Positions 17,047 to 26,685 of a stretch of 43,155 bases of DNA are shown piece after piece. Source of the DNA: a virus; the IMG/VR virus record IMGVR_UViG_3300045988_176298, positions 1 through 43,155 of that record; one strand, 5' to 3'. A program made the position numbers and the translations under genes. The stretch's first letter is position 1; each line of letters starts with the position of its first letter. The notes under the pieces were generated by a model. It searched no databases. It was not told the DNA's origin and saw nothing but the letters and a program-made list of their open reading frames with translations.

Positions 17047-17868
17047 ATGAACGAATTAATGATGTTTGAAGGTCACGAAGTTGAAGTATTTGAATTAAAC
17101 GGACAGGCGCTGTTCAATCCCTACCATGTGGGAAATTGCCTGGAATTGGGAGAGAGTGCCGTAAGGATGGCAATCGCAAAGATGAACGGAAAACAGGCGG
17201 TTAAGGTTAAAAATTCGGATGTCAAAGATATTGACTTCCGAAAACTGAACAACGCCGGCGAAAATTTCCTTACGGAGAGCGGTGTCTACAAGTTAGTATT
17301 TAAGAGCCATAAACCGAATGCCGAAGCATTTACAGACTGGATTGCGGATGAAGTTCTCCCCACCCTCCGCAAGACCGGTTCTTACGAAATGCCAAAAACA
17401 AAGGCTCATTCCGAACATCTTGCCAGCGTAAATAACGCCGTCAAGATACTTACTCCACTTCTTAAAGAGGCCGGATGCACGCCGCAGATTCAGCTTCTCA
17501 CAGCAAAATCACTGTATGAGAAAGCCGGTGTTTCTCTTCCTATAGAAATTCAGTCAGACAAGCACTATGTTGATACAGTACATATTGCCCGTCATGTAGG
17601 GCTGTATTACCAGAGTTCTGGCAAGCCAGCGGACAAAGCCGTGAATGAGATTATCCGCCGACTCAATCTGCCGGAAACTATGTACACTGAGACATGGGAA
17701 AGTAAAGGGAACTGGCAGGGAGCGGTAAGGAAATATGACGAGGCTGTAATCGGCATGGTTCGCCAGTGGTATTGTGACAATGGCTATCCGCGCAATATAG
17801 AATATATCCAGTGTGATGGACAGAAGAAATGCTATCACGTGGTATGGCATGATGCGGAGGTGGCGTAA
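17047..17868 (+). CDS. BRO-N domain protein (antirepressor-like)
   Basis: FEGHEVEVFELNGQALFNPYHVGNCL...NFLTESGVYKLVFKSHKPNAEAFTDWIADEVLPTLRKTG matches the BRO-N signature. Confidence 0.85.
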   Translation: MNELMMFEGHEVEVFELNGQALFNPYHVGNCLELGESAVRMAIAKMNGKQAVKVKNSDVKDIDFRKLNNAGENFLTESGVYKLVFKSHKPNAEAFTDWIADEVLPTLRKTGSYEMPKTKAHSEHLASVNNAVKILTPLLKEAGCTPQIQLLTAKSLYEKAGVSLPIEIQSDKHYVDTVHIARHVGLYYQSSGKPADKAVNEIIRRLNLPETMYTETWESKGNWQGAVRKYDEAVIGMVRQWYCDNGYPRNIEYIQCDGQKKCYHVVWHDAEVA

Positions 17869-18072
17869 ATGAAAGAGGGAAATATTATAAGCAAGATAGA
17901 CGCTATGAGAGATAAGGTTAATAAAAGATATTCTATGAAATCCAGTGAGGCTTTTGAAATTCATAAAAATGCAGGTGGTCCTATCGAAGCTATCGCGTAT
18001 GGGTTTATTTACGGATATATACAAGGAGTGAAGGCTACAAAAGCCGAAATTCGAAAGCAGCAAGAAGAATAA
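17869..18072 (+). CDS. Hypothetical protein (67 aa)
   Basis: ATG directly abuts the upstream stop (TAAATG) of the BRO gene. No family recognised. Confidence 0.55.
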   Translation: MKEGNIISKIDAMRDKVNKRYSMKSSEAFEIHKNAGGPIEAIAYGFIYGYIQGVKATKAEIRKQQEE

Positions 18073-18080
18073 AGATAATG

Positions 18081-18106
18081 AGAACGTCCTTTGGGGCGTT
18101 CTTTTT
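18081..18106 (+). terminator. Rho-independent terminator closing the RHH-BRO cassette
   Basis: Stem AGAACGTCC / GGGCGTTCT, followed by TTTTAT. Confidence 0.65.
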
Positions 18107-18135
18107 ATACTCAAAAAGAAAGGATGGAATAACAT

Positions 18136-18543
18136 ATGGCATCATTAAAAGCATTTTTAAATCCGGTTATGCCGGAAGAAAAAGAGGTAATTGTGTCAGA
18201 GCGTTTCCAGGAAGATGGAAAGCCGGTGCCTTTCCGGATTCGCGCCCTGACTCAGAAAGAGAATGAGCAGCTGGTAAAGAAACACACCAGAGTGGATAAA
18301 AAGACAGGGAATGAGGTTTTTAACCGAACAGGTTACAGCCAGGACATGGTTGCCACAGCCGTTGTGTTCCCGGATTTGAGCGATGCCCAACTTCAAAAAG
18401 CATATAATGTGGCCGGTGAGGCAGAACTGATGAAAAACATGCTGCTGATTGGTGAGTTTGCGACACTATCCTTAGCTGTTCAGGAACTGAGCGGGCTGGA
18501 CAGAGATATCAACGATGATATCGAAGATGTAAAAAACGGATAA
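18136..18543 (+). CDS. Tail assembly chaperone (XkdN-like), short form
   Basis: 135 aa, between the tube and tape-measure genes. Confidence 0.8.
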   Translation: MASLKAFLNPVMPEEKEVIVSERFQEDGKPVPFRIRALTQKENEQLVKKHTRVDKKTGNEVFNRTGYSQDMVATAVVFPDLSDAQLQKAYNVAGEAELMKNMLLIGEFATLSLAVQELSGLDRDINDDIEDVKNG

Positions 18544-18710
18544 AGCAGGGTGAATCCGATTTTGTGTTAGCGCATTTTGCCCTGCAGAAGCTACATATTT
18601 TACCGTCAGTACTTGAGGAATTGCCCGAAAGGGAACGTGCTTTTATTTATGCAAGCATCAAGCAGCGGGTAGAGGACGAAAAAAGAGAAGCGGATAAGTT
18701 AAAGGGATAG
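18136..18710 (+). CDS. Tail assembly chaperone, -1 frameshift-extended form (join 18136..18537, 18537..18710)
   Basis: Slippery heptamer A_AAA_AAC lies at 18531..18537 in the zero frame GTA AAA AAC. The -1 frame is open from there to TAG 18708..18710 (RIKQGESDFVLAHF...EADKLKG). Confidence 0.7.
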
Positions 18711-18721
18711 GGGGTATCTGC

Positions 18722-20605
18722 ATGCCAACATTAAGCGCTATGTTTAAAATACTGGACGGCGGATACAATTCCGCTCTCAACAAAATGAATTCTGGAATGG
18801 ATAAAGCCATCCGCAGTACATTAGGGGCATCACAGGGAGTAGATAAAGTCAACACAAGCCTGGAAAAGACAGGAGCCGCAGGGAATCGTGGTGCCTCAGG
18901 CCTGGTGAAAGTGGAAAATATGATGGAATCTACCCAAAAGAAAGCTTCTGCCATGAATTCTACCCTTAAGGGGCTGGTTGGAACACTGTTAAGCATAGGG
19001 GCCGCAAAGAAGGCAATGGATATGACGGATGTGTATACCAACACCAATGCCAGGCTAAATATGATAAATGACGGCACCCAGAATCAGGAAAAACTCCAGC
19101 AGAAGATATTTGACGCTGCAGACCGATCCCGCGGTAAATATGCGGATATGGCAAGCGCTGTAGCCAAAATGAATCTTCTTGCCGGAGATAACTTTACGAG
19201 TAATGATGAAGCGATACAATTCACTGAATTACTACAAAAGTCATTAAAAGTATCCGGTGCAGATACCTCCGAACAGCAATCGGCTTTTCTGCAGTTATCA
19301 CAATCAATGGCAGCCGGAAAACTACAGGGAGATGAATTCCGTTCTATTATGGAAAATGCACCTATGGTAGCAGAGGCAATTTCTAAATATATGGGAGTAT
19401 CAAAAGGGGAATTAAAAGAATTATCGTCAAAAGGTGTTATTACGGCGGACGTTATAAAAAATGCTTTGTTTGAGGCGGCTGGGGATATCAACGATAAATT
19501 TAACAGTATGCCCATGACCTTTGCCGATATATGGACCCAGATGGGAAATCAGGCAATGGAATCTTTTGGCGGAGTGTTCATGCAACTGAACGGGCTGATA
19601 AACTCATCCGGAGCGCAGGAACTGTTGGCCGCATTCAGCGCGGGGATTGATGCGGTGGCAGATGGAGCCAGCTGGTTGATAAGTACGATTGCTTCCGGGG
19701 ATCCAATAGTTAAGACGTTTTTTGCTGTTGCTATTATTATGGCGGGGCTATGGGCGGCAAAAATGTTGATTGCGGCGGGGGCTTCCTTGGCTGCGGTATG
19801 GCCGTTACTCTTGATTGTTGGGGTGATTGCCGCAGTCATATTAGGGCTGACTTCAATGGGAGTTACATTTAGCCAGATTTTCGGGCTGGTAGGTGGGAGG
19901 CTCGGCGAACTCTATGCAGTAGGTTACAATGTTGTTTCTTCATTATGGAATATTTTTGTCTCTTTTGCAGAGTTTATTGCCAATGTATTTACAAATCCCC
20001 TGGCTGCCGTGGTGAATTTATTTGTCAATATGGCTACCAGTGTACTCGGCGTGATTGAAAGTATCGCGCAGGCAATTGATACTGTTTTTGGTTCAAATTT
20101 AGCAGGCGCGGTGAACGGATTTTCCAGTAGACTGCAGGCCTGGGGTGATTCTTTTAAGGATTCCAATTATGTGTCCCTGGATGATATGCGTATGGATACG
20201 AAGAATATCATGGAAACAAGCGACGCCTGGAAGGCAAAAGGTTCCGACATGGGGGCTTTTTTGGATAACTGGGATTTTCAGGGGAAAACGGCAGGCGCCG
20301 ATATAGATTCTGGAATTGGTATAGAGGCGGTACCCTATGGTTCCCTGAGCAATCCCGCCACAGTTAAGGGAAAAGGGAAGAATGGCGCTGTCGATGTGGA
20401 TATGTCAGACGAGGATATTCAGTATCTGCGTGATATTGCGCAGAGGGATTATGTTGCAAAGATATCTACAAACACTCTGGCACCTAATATAAAAATAGAA
20501 TTTAGTGGCCCCATTACCAAAGAAGCAGATACGGAAGTAATTGCAGGAACAGTGGAACAGGTAATGAGGGATGAGATAGCAAACAGTGCAGAAGGGAAGT
20601 ATTGA
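18722..20605 (+). CDS. Tail tape measure protein
   Basis: [44 protein letters not shown] core motif, a hydrophobic central segment, and position after the chaperone. Confidence 0.9.
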   Translation: MPTLSAMFKILDGGYNSALNKMNSGMDKAIRSTLGASQGVDKVNTSLEKTGAAGNRGASGLVKVENMMESTQKKASAMNSTLKGLVGTLLSIGAAKKAMDMTDVYTNTNARLNMINDGTQNQEKLQQKIFDAADRSRGKYADMASAVAKMNLLAGDNFTSNDEAIQFTELLQKSLKVSGADTSEQQSAFLQLSQSMAAGKLQGDEFRSIMENAPMVAEAISKYMGVSKGELKELSSKGVITADVIKNALFEAAGDINDKFNSMPMTFADIWTQMGNQAMESFGGVFMQLNGLINSSGAQELLAAFSAGIDAVADGASWLISTIASGDPIVKTFFAVAIIMAGLWAAKMLIAAGASLAAVWPLLLIVGVIAAVILGLTSMGVTFSQIFGLVGGRLGELYAVGYNVVSSLWNIFVSFAEFIANVFTNPLAAVVNLFVNMATSVLGVIESIAQAIDTVFGSNLAGAVNGFSSRLQAWGDSFKDSNYVSLDDMRMDTKNIMETSDAWKAKGSDMGAFLDNWDFQGKTAGADIDSGIGIEAVPYGSLSNPATVKGKGKNGAVDVDMSDEDIQYLRDIAQRDYVAKISTNTLAPNIKIEFSGPITKEADTEVIAGTVEQVMRDEIANSAEGKY

Positions 20606-21252
20606 TGGGATATGCAGTTTATTTTGAGTCCTCCACCGGTACCTTCCGTGTGCCGGTGAATCCAGAGGAAATCAACCAGAGCAGGAAGCAGAATAATGAA
20701 AAGTACCATATCCTGAAAGGCGGGCAGGTGGTAGTTCCTACCTACGTGGAGTTAGAAGAATATTCTTTTGAAACGGAATTTCCGCATGCCCCGACGCATT
20801 ATTCGGAATCTGATTTTACAGCTTCTCTGCTCTTCATGCTAAAGCAATGGCAGGACAGCCGCCTGCCGGTAAGGTTTATTGCAGTTGGAGAGAACAGCGA
20901 TATTAACAAGCAAGTTTTGATAGAGGATATACAGGCCGCCGAGAAAGCAGGGGAGGAAGGGGACCAGTATGTGTCCTTAAAACTTTTGGAATATGTTCCG
21001 CCGGCAAAAAGATTTATCGCCGTTCCGCAGCCGGCGGGGCTGGTAAAACAGGAGGATGCCGGTAACCTGCAAAACCCTGAGACGGTTGGCGGAAAGGAAT
21101 ATACCATTCAGAAGGGGAATACTCTTTGGGGGCTTGCAAAAAAGTATTATGGGGATGGCAGCCAGTACACGAAAATTTATGAAGCAAATAAGGATAAGAT
21201 AAAGAATCCGAATCTTATATATCCTGATCAGGTAATCACAATACCAGAATAG
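20602..21252 (+). CDS. LysM-domain tail protein (XkdP-like)
   Basis: C-terminal LysM: [49 protein letters not shown]. Confidence 0.85.
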   Translation: MMGYAVYFESSTGTFRVPVNPEEINQSRKQNNEKYHILKGGQVVVPTYVELEEYSFETEFPHAPTHYSESDFTASLLFMLKQWQDSRLPVRFIAVGENSDINKQVLIEDIQAAEKAGEEGDQYVSLKLLEYVPPAKRFIAVPQPAGLVKQEDAGNLQNPETVGGKEYTIQKGNTLWGLAKKYYGDGSQYTKIYEANKDKIKNPNLIYPDQVITIPE

Positions 21253-21261
21253 GAGGGCAGC

Positions 21262-22212
21262 GTGGAGTTATTGGTAGAATCCGATGGAATTATATATGAT
21301 ATGACCGAATGCTGCACAAAGTTATCCCTGTCAGAACCGTTGAACGATGGCGCCGGCAGCTTGGATTTTACATACCTGTATGACGGGGCTGAAATTATCC
21401 AGAATGGCTCCTATGTCCGGCTGTGTAATACCAGCGAAACAGATGGTATATTCTTCGGCCGTGTTTTTAAAACCGGGATGAGCCAGGACAAGGAAGTAAA
21501 GGTAAAGGCCTATGACCAGCTGCGGTACTGTAAAGCCAAGGATACTATAACCGTAGAAAATGAAACACTGACAGATTTGGTCAAGCGAATGTGTAACTTT
21601 TTCCAGCTGCAGGCTGGCAGCCTCATGCCGATTGGGTATGTTCTTAAGGCAAAACCACAGTGTGATAAGACCTGGCTGGATATTATTTATGGAGCAATAG
21701 GGGATACATTGATTGGGACAGGGCACATGTATTGCCTGCGGGATGAATATGGCGCTGTATGCCTTCGGGATATTGCAGACCTACAGCTGCCACTTATTAT
21801 CGGTGACAACAGCCTGTGTTATGAATATGACTGGGAGAAATCCATAGATGATGAATTCTACAATCAGGTAAAGTTGGTTTCCGGAAATAAGAAAACCGGC
21901 CATGCGGATGTATATATCACGAAGGACAGCGGCTCCATTGAAAAGTACGGTATGCTCCAGTACTATGAAAAGCTAGAAAATGATTCTGATCCGGCAAAGG
22001 CAAAAGCCAAAGCAGATGCTCTCCTGAAGCTCTATAACCATGAAAAAGAAACGCTTACCTTTAAGTGTATAGGAGACCTGTCTGTAAGGGCAGGAAACAG
22101 CATTTACGGGAGCATAGAGGACATACGGCTGAACCGGCGGCTTATTGTGCAGAAGGTAACCCACGATTTTCTGCCGGTGCATACCATGACATTGGAGGTG
22201 ATGGCCGGATGA
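21262..22212 (+). CDS. Baseplate hub / XkdQ-like (late control D-like) protein
   Basis: 316 aa, assigned by synteny with PBSX xkdP-Q-R-S-T. Confidence 0.7.
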   Translation: MELLVESDGIIYDMTECCTKLSLSEPLNDGAGSLDFTYLYDGAEIIQNGSYVRLCNTSETDGIFFGRVFKTGMSQDKEVKVKAYDQLRYCKAKDTITVENETLTDLVKRMCNFFQLQAGSLMPIGYVLKAKPQCDKTWLDIIYGAIGDTLIGTGHMYCLRDEYGAVCLRDIADLQLPLIIGDNSLCYEYDWEKSIDDEFYNQVKLVSGNKKTGHADVYITKDSGSIEKYGMLQYYEKLENDSDPAKAKAKADALLKLYNHEKETLTFKCIGDLSVRAGNSIYGSIEDIRLNRRLIVQKVTHDFLPVHTMTLEVMAG

Positions 22213-22472
22213 TAAAGGAAATTAAACAGATAGTAGAAAATTACATCAATAACCGGAATATGGCATCCCTGGTCATCGGGACCTATGACGGAAAATATAT
22301 CGTAACGGATAAGCAAAAAATGAAGATTCCCATGTCCTGTGTGGCGGGGAACCTTCTATCCTCCTTACAGAAAAATGACCGGGTATATCTTTTCCAGAAC
22401 GATGGCGGGATTGACTATTACCTTCTGGAGATTATTGGGTTGCCGTCGGTATTGGAGGAAAGAAAAACATGA
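22209..22472 (+). CDS. XkdR-like small baseplate protein (DUF2577-like)
   Basis: Start placed at the ATG overlapping the upstream stop (ATGA). The track ORF from 22065 overlaps the end of the previous gene. Confidence 0.65.
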   Translation: MIKEIKQIVENYINNRNMASLVIGTYDGKYIVTDKQKMKIPMSCVAGNLLSSLQKNDRVYLFQNDGGIDYYLLEIIGLPSVLEERKT

Positions 22473-22861
22473 GAAGTTATCTTTTGACTACAGAAACGGT
22501 ACTCCAGGAGCCGGCATATGCAACCCTCACCCACCGCATGACGGAAGAACGGGTGACAGGGAAGGTTGATGGTATTAAGGCTCTTGAACAGGCTATTTAT
22601 AAAATCCTCAATACGGAAAGATATGAGTATCCAATTTACAGTTTTGCTTATGGCGTGGAGCTAAATAAACTGATTGGAAAAGAGCAGCCATATGTCCGGT
22701 CGGAATTAAAAAGGATAATCAGGGAAGCGCTCCTGCAGGATGATCGGATCCTCCAGGTTGATGGATTCCAGTTTGAGTTTGAAGGGGATATATGCAGATG
22801 CAGTTTTAATGTGTCAAATATTTATGGACCTCTGAAAATTAAGGTGGAGGTGGGAATTTAG
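22469..22861 (+). CDS. XkdS-like baseplate protein (gp25/W-like)
   Basis: 130 aa, assigned by synteny; overlapping junctions. Confidence 0.65.
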   Translation: MRSYLLTTETVLQEPAYATLTHRMTEERVTGKVDGIKALEQAIYKILNTERYEYPIYSFAYGVELNKLIGKEQPYVRSELKRIIREALLQDDRILQVDGFQFEFEGDICRCSFNVSNIYGPLKIKVEVGI

Positions 22862-23883
22862 TGTATGAAGATATGACTTATGAAAACCTGCTGAATGCAA
22901 TGCTGAGGCGGGTTCCTGATGATATAGACAAGCGTGAAGGCAGTATTGTTTATGATGCGCTTGGGCCGGTAGCTTATACCCAGGCAGAGCTGTACTTCCT
23001 CATGATGAATTTTCTGGATTTAGTATTGCCGGATAAGTCTGTGGGAGAATTTCAGGACAGGTTCCTGGTTGCCTTTAACGTTTTCCGCAAACCCGCGACT
23101 AAGGCTATTCGTAAAGTAGAGACCACTGGGCCGATAGAACTTGAATCACGCTGGGAACTGGAGGGCACCACATACAAAATCATAGAACGTGTATCTGAAA
23201 CTGAATATAAGGCTGAATGTGAACAGGAGGGAACCATCGGAAATATGTATTTCGGGAAGATGGCTCCCATTTCTTATATTGTCGGAACCGATGTGGTCTT
23301 GTCAGATATTCTTCTGGAAGGGACGAAAGAAGAATCAGACAAAGCGCTACGGGAGCGTTTCCTAATTAAAGTACGCAAGCCGTCCACCAGCGGAAACAAA
23401 TATGCTTATTATAACTGGGCTATGGCCTGCAAGGGTGTTGGAGCGGCCAAGATTTTCCCACTTGCATATGGCCCCGGGACAGTCAAAGTGGTAGTTGCCA
23501 GTGAAAATAAGACAGCAGCCACGCCGGCCCTCTTGAAGGATGTCTGGGAGTACATTGAGGAGATGCGGCCCATCGACGTTATAGTTACAGTAGCATCGGC
23601 GGAGGAGTTGCCAGTAAATGTCATGGGAAGGGTTAAGCTTAAGAACGGGCTTAATCTGGGAGAGGCACAGGCGGCTTTCCGAACGGCATTCGATGCCTTT
23701 TTAAAGAATAATGCTTTTGACATTTCCTATGTTGGTTATGCCCGCGTGGGGAATATCCTCCTGGAGACCGCCGGGGTAGAGGATTATGCTGGCCTTACTA
23801 TAAATGGCTATGACCATAACATAGAGTTGACTGATGAGCAGATAGCCGTTATCGGGACCGTGACGCTGGAGGTGATGGGATAA
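22861..23883 (+). CDS. Baseplate J-like protein (XkdT-like)
   Basis: 340 aa with the N-terminus MYEDMTYENLLNAMLRRVPDDIDKREGSIVYDALGP typical of Baseplate_J proteins. Confidence 0.82.
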   Translation: MYEDMTYENLLNAMLRRVPDDIDKREGSIVYDALGPVAYTQAELYFLMMNFLDLVLPDKSVGEFQDRFLVAFNVFRKPATKAIRKVETTGPIELESRWELEGTTYKIIERVSETEYKAECEQEGTIGNMYFGKMAPISYIVGTDVVLSDILLEGTKEESDKALRERFLIKVRKPSTSGNKYAYYNWAMACKGVGAAKIFPLAYGPGTVKVVVASENKTAATPALLKDVWEYIEEMRPIDVIVTVASAEELPVNVMGRVKLKNGLNLGEAQAAFRTAFDAFLKNNAFDISYVGYARVGNILLETAGVEDYAGLTINGYDHNIELTDEQIAVIGTVTLEVMG

Positions 23884-24683
23884 TGATGGAGCTTTCCATA
23901 TTTCATGACAAGCTGAATAAGGTGGAAGGAAATGCCTATGTCATTGAAGAAGAAATCCATATGCCCGCCAGTGGTATCTATGACGATGAACTGCAGCACG
24001 ATAATATTGTGGATAGCACATTATCAGTGTATACCGGTCCAACCTTGACCGGAGAGCAGATACAATCCTATGCCCTGTCCACTCCCAGTCTCATGCCTTG
24101 GAAGCGGATAATCAGGATCCAGACGGACGTCCCGGTGGTCTACATCACCTATGAAACAGTGGGAGACACCGTGGAGGCCGACGACATCAACCGTGTGCAG
24201 GATGCTGTTGTGAAAACGCAGGGAGGAGTCAATGCGGAGGAGGCCAGGGCTACATCAGCTGAAGCAGAACTGGCCAGAAACCTGCAGGCGGAATCTGACA
24301 GGGCTATTGCAGAGGAACAACGTTTGAACGGAAGGATAGATGCTGAGACAAGCCGGGCACAGGCAGCTGAGGGTACATTGTCTCAGCAGTTAGATGTAGA
24401 GAAAGCAAGAGCTGAGTCCGCTGAGGGAAAAAATGCTGATGCCATCGCTGCAGAAGTTCTAAGGGCCGCCGGTGCAGAAAAAGAACTGTCAGATAATCTG
24501 GCGGGGGAGATAACGCGGGCTACCGGGGCAGAGCAGCAGGTAGCTGATGACTTGCAGGCCTTCATTGACGACATTATAACAGAGGCAGAGATCGATGCTT
24601 TGGATGGCATTGAACCGGAGCCTCCGGAGAATCAATATAGGCCGATGACCGTCGAAGAGATAGACAAAATTATCAACGAATAA
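23883..24683 (+). CDS. Tail fibre/baseplate-attached protein with an Ala/Glu-rich coiled-coil repeat region
   Basis: Repetitive EEARATSAEAELARNLQAESDRAIAEEQRL...RAQAAEGTL...KARAESAEG...RAAGAEKEL...RATGAEQQV. Confidence 0.7.
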   Translation: MMELSIFHDKLNKVEGNAYVIEEEIHMPASGIYDDELQHDNIVDSTLSVYTGPTLTGEQIQSYALSTPSLMPWKRIIRIQTDVPVVYITYETVGDTVEADDINRVQDAVVKTQGGVNAEEARATSAEAELARNLQAESDRAIAEEQRLNGRIDAETSRAQAAEGTLSQQLDVEKARAESAEGKNADAIAAEVLRAAGAEKELSDNLAGEITRATGAEQQVADDLQAFIDDIITEAEIDALDGIEPEPPENQYRPMTVEEIDKIINE

Positions 24684-24699
24684 GGATGGAGGAATAAGT

Positions 24700-25596
24700 A
24701 TGGCATATTTAGATGACGGAGGCGTCGCGCGCCTATGGGCAAAAGTTAAAGAATTGCTGAATGGGAAGGTATCGACGGGGAGAAAAATTAATGGTAAAGC
24801 ATTGACAGCAGATATTACCCTTTCTGCAGGGGATGTATCTGCTATTCCGGCGTCCCAGAAAGGGGCTGCAGGCGGTGTGGCGGAACTGGACAGCGGAGGT
24901 AAGGTACCGGCCGCACAGCTGCCCTCTTATGTGGATGATGTCCTTGAAGGATATTTAAGTGATGGGAAATTTTATAAAGAATCGGCCCACACTACTGAGC
25001 TTGCTGCAGAGAGCGGAAAGATTTACATAGATATCGCTTCCGGGAAAACTTACAGATGGTCGGGATCTGCTTATGCTGTGGTATCGGAAACACTTGCACT
25101 CGGAGAGACAGCCAGCACTGCATACCGCGGAGACCGCGGGAAGATTGCGTATAACCACAGCCAGGCTGCCCATGCACCGGCAAACGCAGAGCAAAATGTG
25201 CAGAGTGATTGGGGAGTTACGGATACAGCCTCTGATGCTTACATTAAAAACAAACCTACATCAATGCCGGCCAACGGTGGTAACGCTGCAACAGTTGGCG
25301 GCCATACTGTGGCGGTTGATGTCCCAGCTGGTGCCAAGTTTACGGATACAACCTACTCGGCTTTTAAAGCAGCAACGGCATCAGCTGCCGGAGGAACAGG
25401 ACTAGTGCCGGCACCGGCTGCCGGTGCACAGTCAAAATACCTGCGTGCAGATGGTACCTGGGCATCGCCTGCAAATACTACTTATGGAGTAGCTACGCAG
25501 AGCGCGAACGGATTAATGAGTGCCGCCGATAAGGTAAAGCTGGATGCTCTGGTGCCTATGACGAACGATGAGATAGATGCCATATTAGACTCCTGA
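24700..25596 (+). CDS. Tail fibre protein
   Basis: N-terminus MAYLDDGGVARLWAKVKELL and a shared SDAYIKNKP motif. Gly/Ala-rich. Confidence 0.75.
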   Translation: MAYLDDGGVARLWAKVKELLNGKVSTGRKINGKALTADITLSAGDVSAIPASQKGAAGGVAELDSGGKVPAAQLPSYVDDVLEGYLSDGKFYKESAHTTELAAESGKIYIDIASGKTYRWSGSAYAVVSETLALGETASTAYRGDRGKIAYNHSQAAHAPANAEQNVQSDWGVTDTASDAYIKNKPTSMPANGGNAATVGGHTVAVDVPAGAKFTDTTYSAFKAATASAAGGTGLVPAPAAGAQSKYLRADGTWASPANTTYGVATQSANGLMSAADKVKLDALVPMTNDEIDAILDS

Positions 25597-25610
25597 GGAG
25601 GTGAGGCAAA

Positions 25611-26681
25611 TTGTCATATTTAGAACAAAATGGGCTGAAATATCTATATGAGAAAATTATGGCTCGCCTTAATGGAAAAGTAGATAAAGTAACCGGCAAG
25701 GGGTTATCCACCAATGATTTTACGGCAGCTCTTTTAAATAAGCTTAACGGCATTGCTACCGGTGCCGAGGTCAATGTGCAGGCGGATTGGAGCAGTACCG
25801 ATTCCGCTTCCGATGCTTTTATCAAGAATAAGCCGTCCTCTTTCCCGCCTTCCTCCCATACCCACACAAAGGCTCAGATTTCCGACATGCCCACAAAGCT
25901 GTCCCAGTTCACCAACGATTCCGGCTATCTCAAAGCCACGGACATCGATACCAGCCAGAACCACACACATGCCAATAAAGGCATTCTGGATACGCTTACC
26001 CAGGCTATGCTCGACAAATGGAACACCGTCTCCAATAAAGTGGACAAGGTCAGCGGCAAAGGCCTGTCAACCAACGATTTTACGGCCGCTCTTCTCAGCA
26101 AGCTCAACGGCATCGCCGAAGGGGCAAACAAATATACCCACCCCGCGTCCCATCCCGCGTCCATGATAACCGAGGATTCCACCCACCGCTTTCTCACTGA
26201 TTTCTGCAAAACCATCACGGACTGGAACTCGGCGGCGGCAAATGGCTTTTATATGGGAAATGATGCTGCAAACGCCCCTTCAACAGGCTGGTATTTCGGC
26301 CGCGTTACCGCCCATAACGCCAACTACCTGTACCAGGAGGTATATCAGTTTACGGCAAGCGCGGACGCCAGGGCCGTTCCCAAATACATCCGCGTAAAAT
26401 CAAACGGCGCCTGGGGATCCTGGTCCAATGTCACCGTTGCGGCGGCGGTTCCCTCCAACGCCAAATTTACGGATACCGTGTATACCCATCCCAACAGCGG
26501 CGCATCGGCCGGAACCTATAAAAGCGTAACCGTAAACGCCCAGGGCCATGTTACCGGCGGCACCAATCCCACCACTCTGGCCGGCTATGGCATTACGGAT
26601 GCGGCCGGCAAGAATCACAACCATGATGGGACCTATCTTAAAAAGGGCGCCGTGACCTGGAATGACCTGAAAGGAAGCTGA
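25611..26681 (+). CDS. Tail fibre protein with an internal duplicated module
   Basis: VDKV(T/S)GKGLSTNDFTAALL(N/S)KLNGIA occurs twice. TTG start behind GAGGAGGTGAGG. Confidence 0.75.
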   Translation: MSYLEQNGLKYLYEKIMARLNGKVDKVTGKGLSTNDFTAALLNKLNGIATGAEVNVQADWSSTDSASDAFIKNKPSSFPPSSHTHTKAQISDMPTKLSQFTNDSGYLKATDIDTSQNHTHANKGILDTLTQAMLDKWNTVSNKVDKVSGKGLSTNDFTAALLSKLNGIAEGANKYTHPASHPASMITEDSTHRFLTDFCKTITDWNSAAANGFYMGNDAANAPSTGWYFGRVTAHNANYLYQEVYQFTASADARAVPKYIRVKSNGAWGSWSNVTVAAAVPSNAKFTDTVYTHPNSGASAGTYKSVTVNAQGHVTGGTNPTTLAGYGITDAAGKNHNHDGTYLKKGAVTWNDLKGS

Positions 26682-26685
26682 TTTA

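Noticed and set aside
17554-18135. 193-aa minus-strand ORF
   Set aside because: It is antisense to the BRO-N gene, the 67-aa ORF and the cassette terminator. Nothing supports it.
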